Assembly: GCA_016926175.1 (NCBI GenBank)
Contig: JAFGPA010000012.1
Span: forward strand, 1 to 49,691
Direction: 5' to 3'
Origin: Candidatus Micrarchaeota archaeon
GTDB lineage: Archaea; Micrarchaeota; Micrarchaeia; Anstonellales; Bilamarchaeaceae
DNA: 49,691 nt
In this document: positions 1 through 8,424 of the stretch, piece by piece
How the letters are laid out: every line of letters starts with the position of its first letter
Position numbering within the stretch: position 1 is the stretch's first letter
Notes under the pieces: generated by a model
Told to the model about the DNA's origin: nothing
Databases searched by the model: none
The model's input: the letters and a program-made list of their open reading frames with translations, nothing else
Program-made: the position numbers and the translations under genes

Positions 1-147
1 ATTATAGGTAATAATTTTAAAACAAGCTTGAAATTTCCGCGAAAATGGGGTCTCTGTCCAAGATTATAAATGAAGAATTGGACAATGACCTTATGGGGGA
101 TGATGGAGTAAGTAACAAGAGGAATTTCAGGTAAACCAAGAAAAAGA

Positions 148-687
148 ATGCAGGTTTGTTTTTGTGGTAATTTAAAGTCTGAAACAAGATATAGGGAATA
201 TCTTCAAAAGCTGATAAAAAGTACTTTGAATGTTACTGGGTATTACCAAGAAAGGAAAAAGATCAACACTTACTACATAATCATAAACAGCGAAGGCATT
301 TTTGACTTATTTCATAGCAAATTCGATTTCCCCATAGGTTTCAAGAGTTTCTTTAATATTGAAAATTTCCCTAGATCGTGGAATCTCCAGAAACGCCTAA
401 TTAGAGGCATCTTTGACACAGATGGTTCGATTTTCTTTGATAAAGATCAGAGATATAAAAAACCGTATCCCATCTTAGACATAACTCTGAAAAACAAAGA
501 AGTATTGGATTGGATAGCTAAAATTTTACGCGGGCATAATTTCAAAGTAATAAGATATGGCAGGCATGTAAGATTAAAAGGAAGAGAAAACATTGGGAAT
601 TGGTTTAAAGAGATATCTCCTAAAAATGACTTACACGTAAGAAAGTATTCTAGATGGTTAATGGAATATTATGACAAGGGCCCGTAA
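148..687 (+). mobile_element. Free-standing LAGLIDADG-family homing endonuclease, probably 5'-degenerate
   Basis: LIRGIFDTDGS is a LAGLIDADG motif. A possible remnant of the first motif (INEELDNDLMGDDG) lies in another frame at 45-134. The region looks AT-rich, and the stop codon falls inside tRNA-Arg. Confidence 0.75.
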
Positions 688-803
688 CTCAGTTTGGATA
701 GATTGAAGTAGTCACCATATTTGCTATTTCAAGTCTTAAGTGCTGTCCTCCTAATCCAAAAGGAGATAGACAGAAGTCGAGGGTTCAAATCCCTCCGGGC
801 CCG
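678..803 (+). tRNA. tRNA-Arg(CCT) with two introns (702-738 in the D-arm, 754-767 at 37/38)
   Basis: Acceptor stem GGGCCCG/CGGGCCC, anticodon arm CTGTC-CT-CCT-A|A-GACAG, T arm GAGGG-TTCAAAT-CCCTC. Both introns form BHB-like pairings (GGAT/GTCT and CTCC/GGAG). Confidence 0.92.
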
Positions 804-834
804 TATTCTTATCCCGGCCTTCAGTTTCATGGAT

Positions 835-1431
835 TTATTGCATGATAGTTGAAAGAATCTCGTATGCTTTTTGCGTCTCTGACTGTTTCAGAACCAAGAT
901 TGTATCAGTATAGCAGGAAATGAATTCCACTACATTAATCCCTTCTGCAGCCAAAGCACCAAGAAGATATGAGATAAAGCCGGGAGTTTGTTCCACTTCT
1001 TCAGGGCTTTCTATAATTATAAGATTCAGGTTTTCCTCAATCCTGCCCGGCATCTTTTCCATGGAATCGAGTTCCCTTTGTTCAACAATATAAGTCATGT
1101 GCCTTCCCGACTGGGTGAATGAAAGGAACTTCAGCTCATCAAGTTTTCTTGATGTCATTATTACTGCCACCTTGTTTTTCACGATCATTGAGCTTTTTTT
1201 CATTACAGAACGGATTTTGCTTTCAAGATCAGATTCGTTCCTTTCCATTTTTCTTGAAAGGCGTATCAGGGCCATTTTGACGGCGTCTTCGTTTTTCAGG
1301 TTCAGTTCCATGGAAATCTTTCTTGCAAGCGAGGAATAGTTTACTACGCCCTGGCTGAGAACTTCCTTAAAGAAAGGCCTTTGTTTGATATAAAGGGCTA
1401 CAATATTTGAGATGTTTTCCATATGTTCCAT
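835..1431 (-). CDS. ACT-domain protein with N-terminal helix-turn-helix-like region
   Basis: N-terminal VNYSSLARKI motif; C-terminal TPGFISYLLGALAAEGINVVEFISCYTD is ACT-like. Confidence 0.75.
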   Translation of the reverse strand: MEHMENISNIVALYIKQRPFFKEVLSQGVVNYSSLARKISMELNLKNEDAVKMALIRLSRKMERNESDLESKIRSVMKKSSMIVKNKVAVIMTSRKLDELKFLSFTQSGRHMTYIVEQRELDSMEKMPGRIEENLNLIIIESPEEVEQTPGFISYLLGALAAEGINVVEFISCYTDTILVLKQSETQKAYEILSTIMQ

Positions 1432-1506
1432 TTAGAACAGAAGAGGATATAAATGTAACAAATTCTACAAAACATTTATAAGAGTGATTTTTCCCCAATA
1501 GAGACC

Positions 1507-2016
1507 ATGCTAATTCACAATACAATACAAAAGAGCAGGGTGCCTGCTTCGCCGCCGCCTTTGGTGGAAACCATAGAAAAGGCCCTCGTTGTAAAAAACA
1601 GCTTTGCCGGGCTGGACAAAAGCAAAGTCAGAAGCCTGCTGGAGGCCAGCTTTGGAAAGAAGCTTGGCCCCGGATATTTTGATGAGCAGATCAAACTGGC
1701 CATACTGGATAAAGATTACAGGGGCATTGCAATAGTTAAGGAAATAGACGGCATGCCCTATCTTGACAAGTTTGCCGTAGCTCCCGAATACCAGAGCAAC
1801 GGGGTGGGCAAAAGACTGTGGAATGAGCTTAAACAGCAGTGCCCCTCTGTAATATGGCGCGCTTCGGAAAATAATCCTATCAACGGATGGTACACACTGA
1901 AAAGTGACGGAAGCGAAAAATCCGGCAAATGGATAGTTTTCTGGTGCGGAGTTGAAGCTACATCTGAGCTGATTCAAAAAATATCTGCAAGGGAAGAAAG
2001 CTTTTCAGCGATATAG
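1507..2016 (+). CDS. GNAT acetyltransferase resembling the NAT (DUF619) domain of N-acetylglutamate synthase
   Basis: YLDKFAV..EYQSNGVGKRLW, IWRAS.NNPINGWY...SDG and W.VFW match the NAGS C-terminal NAT domain pattern. Confidence 0.75.
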   Translation: MLIHNTIQKSRVPASPPPLVETIEKALVVKNSFAGLDKSKVRSLLEASFGKKLGPGYFDEQIKLAILDKDYRGIAIVKEIDGMPYLDKFAVAPEYQSNGVGKRLWNELKQQCPSVIWRASENNPINGWYTLKSDGSEKSGKWIVFWCGVEATSELIQKISAREESFSAI

Positions 2017-2018
2017 GA

Positions 2019-2639
2019 TCATTCTTCAAGGCTTTTCCTGAAAAGCATGAACAAAACAATTATTGCAGCTACTCCAAGAAAGATTATTATCAGGCTAAGA
2101 TCCCCAAATGCACTGTCAAAGTTATTCTGTGATGCTGCAGGAATCTCTCCTTCATTTTTTGGAGGTTCTGTGGGTTTTGAAGGCCTGTAAGGCTCTGGGG
2201 CCGGAATTTCTTCCGCCTCAGGTTCCGGAACGGGATCCTCAGGCCCGGCCACAACAGGTGCTTCCACAGTGGCATTATTCTGTCCGGGGAACGCTTCTTC
2301 AGGCGAATAGCCGCATTCTGCTTCTGCCGGACAATAGTTTGGATGAAGCATCTGGACGCATGCCGCACCCATTTCAGATGGAGAAACGGGGGGGCAGTGG
2401 ATTACATTGCCGTCAGGCCTGTAGAACGTGCTTCCTTGGCTTTCAATGGAAGAAACAACCTTGACAACGTTTCCAAGGCAATGATAGACTGCTTTGGTAT
2501 TTTCCTGCTTGCATTGTGCTTCAATAGTGTCCTTTGCGAATTGTTCTCCATTGTCACCTGATGAGATTATTGCCGTAGCCGTAAAACTGACTGAAAGCAT
2601 TAGTAGAATGAATAAAAACGCCATCCGTTTCATATACAC
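2019..2639 (-). CDS. Membrane-anchored surface protein (signal peptide, Cys-rich domain, Pro/Glu linker, C-terminal TM)
   Basis: Hydrophobic N-terminus, 6 Cys, PEPE-type linker, C-terminal TM helix followed by RK. Confidence 0.65.
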   Translation of the reverse strand: MYMKRMAFLFILLMLSVSFTATAIISSGDNGEQFAKDTIEAQCKQENTKAVYHCLGNVVKVVSSIESQGSTFYRPDGNVIHCPPVSPSEMGAACVQMLHPNYCPAEAECGYSPEEAFPGQNNATVEAPVVAGPEDPVPEPEAEEIPAPEPYRPSKPTEPPKNEGEIPAASQNNFDSAFGDLSLIIIFLGVAAIIVLFMLFRKSLEE

Positions 2640-2674
2640 ACCTAAACAACCTATGAAACAACTAATTTAAATAC

Positions 2675-2944
2675 CTATTTACTTGTAACGAGGATGAGGT
2701 GGTAGCCGAACTGCGTTTTGACAGGATCTGAAATCTTGCCTACATTAAGGGAAAATGCTGCATCTTCAAATTCCTTCACCATCGCTCCTTTTCCGAATTC
2801 TCCCAGATCTCCGCCGTTTTCCTTGCTTGGGCAAAGCGAATGTCTTTTTGCCATCATGACAAAATCTGCGCCGTTTTCAATTTCCTGCTTAAGTTTTCTT
2901 GCTGTTTTTTCATTGTCAACCAGAATATGGCTTGCTCTGACCAT
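2675..2944 (-). CDS. ppiC: Parvulin-type peptidyl-prolyl isomerase (single domain)
   Basis: [31 protein letters not shown] and [11 protein letters not shown] motifs; GGTGA RBS. Confidence 0.93.
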   Translation of the reverse strand: MVRASHILVDNEKTARKLKQEIENGADFVMMAKRHSLCPSKENGGDLGEFGKGAMVKEFEDAAFSLNVGKISDPVKTQFGYHLILVTSK

Positions 2945-3137
2945 TGTTTCACCTGTTTGGATATTAGCAAAAGAAAGAATAAATTTGTGCGTATTTTGAG
3001 TGGTAAAATGAGCATTTTCAAGCGAAAGATTTAAATAGTGGTAAAATAGGAGATTTCATATTTACAGACGTAAAATGTGGTTACTAAAAAAGTAAAATCA
3101 TGCATATTTATAAACTTAATAGTCGATAGAGTACAAC

Positions 3138-4079
3138 ATGAAGCTATCCTCTCATGCATCCCCCCTCGAAAAAAGTGGCACCAGAAAGAAGAAATTCAGT
3201 GGGTATGAATGTAAAATCGATGATAATTTAGTTGGAAAAAAAGTAAATGACAGGTATCAGTTGATAGAAAAAATTGGAGAGGGGGGCTGTGGTAATATTT
3301 ACTGTGGTTATGATGAGGAAAAAAAGGATTTTGTAGCAGTTAAAATTGATATTGATGGTAAAGATCTTGTTGCTGAAGAAGCTGCAATCCTGTCCACTTT
3401 CAGCAATGAGAACATCGTAAGATACCTGGACCATGGAACATTTCATGGTAAGGCATTTATGGTAACTGAACTGCTTGAAGGAGAAAGCCTTGCAGACGCA
3501 ATGATGAATGGAATAAGCTGGGAACAGCTAAAGCAGGCAATCTCACAGGTTTGCACTGCACTTAAGGCAGTGCATCAGGCTGAATATGTCCACAGGGACA
3601 TAAAGCCGGGAAACATATTCCTTGCAATTAAGGATGGCGTACAGGTCGCAAAACTGCTTGACTTTGGCATAGCAAGGAAGGTTGGGGTTGATGAAGGGCC
3701 CTTAAAGGGCACCCCAACTTATATTGCACCAGAGGTTGGCTCGCAACTGCATTATGATCAGAGGGCAGACATCTATGCTCTCGGATCCATAATGTACAGG
3801 GCCCTCTGCGGAACTGCACCTTTCATTGGAGAGTTCCTGGAGGTTCTGATCAGAAGCCTGAAGGAGGATCCCCTTCCTCCAAGCAAAAAAACTCCGGTAA
3901 GATCAATACCGCGTGAGATTGATGCGATTGTTCTTAAGGCAATGGCAAAAGAACCTGAAAACAGGTATCAGAATGTAGAAGAGCTTATGGCAGACCTAAT
4001 AAATTGTAAACACTCACCTAAGGAATTGGAACAACCGCCAATGGAAGCACCAACCAGGGCAGAAGCTGCTCATGGTTGA
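3138..4079 (+). CDS. Hanks-type (bacterial Pkn2-like) Ser/Thr protein kinase
   Basis: GEGGCG, VAVK, HRDIKPGN, DFG, GTPTYIAPE, DIYALG and AKEPENRYQ motifs. Confidence 0.93.
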   Translation: MKLSSHASPLEKSGTRKKKFSGYECKIDDNLVGKKVNDRYQLIEKIGEGGCGNIYCGYDEEKKDFVAVKIDIDGKDLVAEEAAILSTFSNENIVRYLDHGTFHGKAFMVTELLEGESLADAMMNGISWEQLKQAISQVCTALKAVHQAEYVHRDIKPGNIFLAIKDGVQVAKLLDFGIARKVGVDEGPLKGTPTYIAPEVGSQLHYDQRADIYALGSIMYRALCGTAPFIGEFLEVLIRSLKEDPLPPSKKTPVRSIPREIDAIVLKAMAKEPENRYQNVEELMADLINCKHSPKELEQPPMEAPTRAEAAHG

Positions 4080-5239
4080 ATCCATTCTATTTCAAAATAT
4101 TCATAGTCGCTTCCAGGAAGATCGATTTTCTTGATTATGTAATGGGTAACGCTGCTTTCACGGTCACTGATTGCCATCATCATTTCCAGGCCAAAACATG
4201 AACACTCGGCCAGAGCCTGCGCCAGTTCATCGCCTCCTATATATTCATCCTCAGTAAGGGAATACATAAGATATTTGGGGGTTCCGTCTTTTGGAGTTTC
4301 AATGCCTCCCTTCTTTCTGTGATAGAGAAGAAAATCCAGCCTGGGTTTATCTGGATTGACTTTTACCTGGGTTTTCTTTCCGGGAATGGCAAGTATAAAT
4401 GTTTTTTTCACTGAATGGGCAACCCTTATTGCCCTGGACCATTCTGAGATGATCTGCTTGTGTTTTCTCGGGAAAACATGAATGACGTGCCTGGAATGCA
4501 TCCATTTGTCATCTGTTTTAAGCGGGGATGCCCCGGGGAAATAAAGCCGGAAATGGGTTCCAAACTTGAATCCGGTCTTTATTACATAGCCTCTTTTTCT
4601 CCAGTCTTCATAGACAGAGTAAAGGTCAGGGAAAAACATGATTCTTTTTTTTGCCAGTGCTTCGGCGTCTTTCAGTCTGGCATTGAGAAGATGAAGCTGG
4701 CCGTGGCGAAGAAGGTAGATGGTTTCAAAGATATCGAGCTTTCCTATCTTTCCCCTGTGGGATGCCTTGTATGTTCCGAACTGCCCTATCCAGTGCCGTT
4801 CATAGAGCTCCTTGGCAACTTTCTCATCATCTACAAGAGTGATAAGATCATAGGGAAAGAAAAGCCCGTCAAAGGAAAAGGAATCTACTTCAAAGCTGGA
4901 GCTTTCATATTTCAAAAGAATTGTCCTGCCATAATTTCCATCTGCCTCGTTTGTCGGCCTCAGAACCAGCCCTTTGTCCCTCCAGTCCTTGTAGGTAAGG
5001 TATTTTGCCAGCAGCTTCTTGTTTTTCAGGAACAGGGAGGCAACCTGGTTGAAAGTATAGTGGTTTCCCGATTTGTCAAAGCATCTGCCGTTCCTTATGT
5101 CCATTATATAGAGGGCTTCCTCTGGGGTGAGGGTAATTATTCCTTTGTTCATTGAACCGTAAAAACCGTTTTGCAGGGAAGAGACATCAGAAGGCTCTTT
5201 GACAAATATGGTTTTTCGGTCCAGCTCAAGTTTAATCAT
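4070..5239 (-). CDS. endA: tRNA-splicing endonuclease, probably three-unit epsilon2 (Micrarchaeota/ARMAN) type
   Basis: Two EndA N-terminal modules (EEALYI..Y.DWRDKG and FETIYL..YEDWRKRG), catalytic KTGFKFGTHFRLY...H...RVAHSVKK, and an extra C-terminal unit; 389 aa. Confidence 0.88.
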   Translation of the reverse strand: MIKLELDRKTIFVKEPSDVSSLQNGFYGSMNKGIITLTPEEALYIMDIRNGRCFDKSGNHYTFNQVASLFLKNKKLLAKYLTYKDWRDKGLVLRPTNEADGNYGRTILLKYESSSFEVDSFSFDGLFFPYDLITLVDDEKVAKELYERHWIGQFGTYKASHRGKIGKLDIFETIYLLRHGQLHLLNARLKDAEALAKKRIMFFPDLYSVYEDWRKRGYVIKTGFKFGTHFRLYFPGASPLKTDDKWMHSRHVIHVFPRKHKQIISEWSRAIRVAHSVKKTFILAIPGKKTQVKVNPDKPRLDFLLYHRKKGGIETPKDGTPKYLMYSLTEDEYIGGDELAQALAECSCFGLEMMMAISDRESSVTHYIIKKIDLPGSDYEYFEIEWIQP

Positions 5240-5290
5240 GATAACAGCTCAGGCGGAATTTCCGAATAATAGAATAAGGATGTGAAAGTT

Positions 5291-5917
5291 TTATAGAAGC
5301 TTTCTTATTTCCTGGTCAGTGAAGTCTTCAGATACAAGGTCGCAGTCCGGAGCTTCAAGGGAAGGATGGGGCCTGAACCAGACAAGTTTCATGCCTGCTG
5401 CTTTGGCAGCCTGCGCACCCGAATAGGAATCCTCGATAACAAGGCATTCTTCCGGCTTTACATCCAGTGCTTTTGCTGCCGTCAGGAAGACTTTTGGATC
5501 TGGTTTCCGGTATGGAATGTCATCCGCAGAGATGACAAAATCAAAGGACAGGCCATGAATATTGTTCAGCTTTTCTATGTAGCCCCGATGGCCTCCTGAT
5601 GCTATTGCCGTCCGGATATTTTTCTGTTTCAGAATTTCCATAAAATCTTTCAGCCCTGGGATAAGAGGAACTTTTCCTTGGTCAACATAAACATCAAACA
5701 AAAGCCTTCTTTTTTCAATGAGGTCATCGATGCTGGCTTCAATTTTGTTTTCTTTCAGCAGCCTGGCAAAGATTTTTCCTGAACCTGTACCTGCAAATTC
5801 CCGGAACCAGCGGTTTTCATCCACTGATATGCCAAGCAGTTCCTCGAATGTTTTTTTATGGAATTCTTCAGAATGCACGATAACGCCATCGAAATCAAAT
5901 AGTACCGCTTTAATCAT
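5291..5917 (-). CDS. HAD-superfamily phosphatase (beta-PGM/CbbY-like)
   Basis: DFDGV motif I, KPDP and IEDS..G..AA.AAG. Confidence 0.9.
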   Translation of the reverse strand: MIKAVLFDFDGVIVHSEEFHKKTFEELLGISVDENRWFREFAGTGSGKIFARLLKENKIEASIDDLIEKRRLLFDVYVDQGKVPLIPGLKDFMEILKQKNIRTAIASGGHRGYIEKLNNIHGLSFDFVISADDIPYRKPDPKVFLTAAKALDVKPEECLVIEDSYSGAQAAKAAGMKLVWFRPHPSLEAPDCDLVSEDFTDQEIRKLL

Positions 5918-5969
5918 GAGAATAAAGATTTAGGTAATGTTTTTATTATGAAAGGCAGAACAAAAGGTC

Positions 5970-6689
5970 ATGAAATCTGTCATTCTTTCACTTCTGCTGA
6001 TGGCTGCATTGCTCAGTGGTTGTGTAATATTTGGAGAAGAGGAGGCAGTAGTAAATGAAACTGAAGGGCCGCCTCCGCCCCCGCCACCAAAGACGCCGGT
6101 GATATTAATCTCGAATCCGGTCAGCGGTGAAATGATCATTGTACCTGAAGAAGGAGGAGAAGTAGACCTCGTCATTACAACCCAGAATCTGATCCTGAAG
6201 CCTGCCGGCGGCTCAAAGAAAACAGGAGAGGGGCATTTCCTGATAACTGTCAATGGGCAAAGCAGTGAATTTTCAGGGAAAATTTATTCAGTTCCTGTAA
6301 TCCCGGGGGAGTATACTGTAGAAGTGGAATTGCGGCATAATGACAGGACTTCATACAGCCCAAGTATTGTGCGGGCAGTTTCATTTGCCGTGCAGGCAGA
6401 AGAACCTGAAGTTTATGTTCCCAGGGAATACACTGTAAAAATACGTGATTTCAGCTATGATCCTGAAGAACTTACAATAAAGGTCAGTGACAAGGTTGTT
6501 TTTGTAAATGAAGGAACATTCCCGAGATCAGCAACATGCTTTATTTCAGGAAAGCAGATTTTTGATACTGGCGTAATAGGTTCTGGAAAGCAGGCCACAA
6601 TAACGGCAGAGCAGATTGCCAGCTGCGAATATTATTCAACAACACACAGGGCAATGACAGGAAAGCTCGTTATTGAATCAGCAGAATAA
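5970..6689 (+). CDS. Lipoprotein with an Ig-like domain and a degenerate cupredoxin domain
   Basis: LSGC lipobox, poly-Pro linker, and FSYDPEELTIKVSDKVVFVN...YYSTTHRAMTGKLVI cupredoxin pattern. Confidence 0.7.
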   Translation: MKSVILSLLLMAALLSGCVIFGEEEAVVNETEGPPPPPPPKTPVILISNPVSGEMIIVPEEGGEVDLVITTQNLILKPAGGSKKTGEGHFLITVNGQSSEFSGKIYSVPVIPGEYTVEVELRHNDRTSYSPSIVRAVSFAVQAEEPEVYVPREYTVKIRDFSYDPEELTIKVSDKVVFVNEGTFPRSATCFISGKQIFDTGVIGSGKQATITAEQIASCEYYSTTHRAMTGKLVIESAE

Positions 6690-6764
6690 TTTTTTTCTTT
6701 TTATTATATATTTAAAAAACCTAGTCCTCTACAAAATACCACAATCATTGCCCCGGGGATTATT

Positions 6765-7424
6765 GTGAAACTAAAAAACAAAGCAGGGATAAAAAAGGCG
6801 AATTTTGCTTCAAAGGCAGTGCTTGCAGGAATGCTGGCCGCCGCCAGTGCCTCGGCTGCAGAAAAAGAACCTGATGAAACGCAGGTACATCCCATTCTCA
6901 AAGCAGTTGCCGGGGTTTATGACAAAGGAAAGCATCCATTGATTGCATATGGAATCGGAATGGGGGTAGAATACAAAGAAGTTTCCATGTACGGAGAGAT
7001 AGAGGGGTCGGTAAATGAGCTATACGGCAGTTTTCAATTTCCGGTGGGCCGGTTCAGGCTGGGCCCTTTTGCATACAGATCAGATTACTACGAAGTTTCC
7101 TTTGGGGCAGGAATACTTTATGAAATTCCGCAGCTGAATGTTATTTTTTCACCTCATTACCTGCCTGAAGGAAAAACATTCTGCTATCCGGTAAACTGGA
7201 CTTCTTCTGCAGGCAGATTCAATTTTAATCTGGGAATTTCCTATATCCCGGCATATGAAAGCGGTGGGGCAAGGGAAACATATGTTGGCGGAGAGATCTT
7301 AACTGGATTAAATATCAGCGAGGGGGTATCAGTCTTTGGAAAGGCATTTGTTATGGCTGACGCAAATAAAAAGCCGCAGTTAGTTGTTTTGAATGCCCAG
7401 GGTGGATTCCAGCTGGCTTTCTAG
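6765..7424 (+). CDS. Secreted beta-rich protein, outer-membrane-barrel-like
   Basis: Signal peptide ending ASA; alternating Gly/aromatic strands; C-terminus GGFQLAF. Confidence 0.55.
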   Translation: MKLKNKAGIKKANFASKAVLAGMLAAASASAAEKEPDETQVHPILKAVAGVYDKGKHPLIAYGIGMGVEYKEVSMYGEIEGSVNELYGSFQFPVGRFRLGPFAYRSDYYEVSFGAGILYEIPQLNVIFSPHYLPEGKTFCYPVNWTSSAGRFNFNLGISYIPAYESGGARETYVGGEILTGLNISEGVSVFGKAFVMADANKKPQLVVLNAQGGFQLAF

Positions 7425-8044
7425 TCAGATAGTTTTGTCTGGTTGAGATTATCGATTGTTTTCCATCTTGACCTTATGAATGGAACCAGTTTTTTCAGCT
7501 TTTCCCTGTCGTTTAATGCTGCAATGGTCTTGGTATCAGAAGGATAGCCGGACCCGAAATCAAAGGTTGCCTTTTGTATTTCCTGGATTTTTTTATCTCT
7601 TATTATTTTGGCGCATATGGATGCAGCAGCAACTATAGGATAATGATCATCTGCCTTATGTTCTGCCTCGAATTTGGTTGCGCCGAATCTTGCCATCCTT
7701 TCCCTGAACGTCCAGGAATAGCGGTCAGGCATATCGATCATTATATCGCCATCCTCGTTCTTTATAAGATCCGCCATGGCATTTGCCTCTATATCATTAA
7801 GGGACATTTCCTTCATCAGCCTGTTAAGATCTTCTGCGCTGATCTCAATCCATCGAAACTTCACAAATTTCCTGAGCTCCGCATAAAGTTCCTCCCTTTG
7901 CCCGGGAGTAAGTTTTTTAGAGTCTTTTGGCCCGGTTTTTTTGAGGCGCTTTTCATCGTCGCGTTTGCATATGGCACAGCATATTACAAGAGGGCCTATG
8001 ACAGGCCCCCTGCCTGCTTCATCGACACCGATAATATTCATCAA
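7421..8044 (-). CDS. rnhB: Ribonuclease HII
   Basis: GVDEAGRGPVIGP, DSKKL, AAASICAK and GSGYPSD motifs. Confidence 0.96.
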   Translation of the reverse strand: MMNIIGVDEAGRGPVIGPLVICCAICKRDDEKRLKKTGPKDSKKLTPGQREELYAELRKFVKFRWIEISAEDLNRLMKEMSLNDIEANAMADLIKNEDGDIMIDMPDRYSWTFRERMARFGATKFEAEHKADDHYPIVAAASICAKIIRDKKIQEIQKATFDFGSGYPSDTKTIAALNDREKLKKLVPFIRSRWKTIDNLNQTKLSD

Positions 8045-8102
8045 AAAAGAATGTCAGCAAATATTTATGTTGTTATGGGAAAGAAGGAGAGAGAATAAAA
8101 AA

Positions 8103-8363
8103 TTAGTAAGTCATGTTCCTTTTTTCAACAATAATGAAATCGCCTACTGCAAGAACACTTTCATAAGGAATATGAACCATGCCATCGTCTTTTCTCAGTT
8201 TAGTGGCAAGGGGGCTGTCAGGATTTGGCTCAACGACTATATTTTCTATTCTGCCACTCACTTCATTGACAGCAATATCAACCAGCCTGCCGAAGTCTTC
8301 CCCTTCGTTAGTAACTAGTTTCTTTCCGGAAAGTTGTCGCGCTATAAGATACTTGGTCATCAT
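8103..8363 (-). CDS. PRC-barrel domain protein
   Basis: L.GK.LVTNEG..FG...DI....SG...IPYESVLAVGDFIIV. Confidence 0.88.
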   Translation of the reverse strand: MMTKYLIARQLSGKKLVTNEGEDFGRLVDIAVNEVSGRIENIVVEPNPDSPLATKLRKDDGMVHIPYESVLAVGDFIIVEKRNMTY

Positions 8364-8424
8364 ATCACCTAAATTAACGTCTTGAAAGAGATTTGCAGTC
8401 TAAGTTTATAAAGATATCCTAGCC

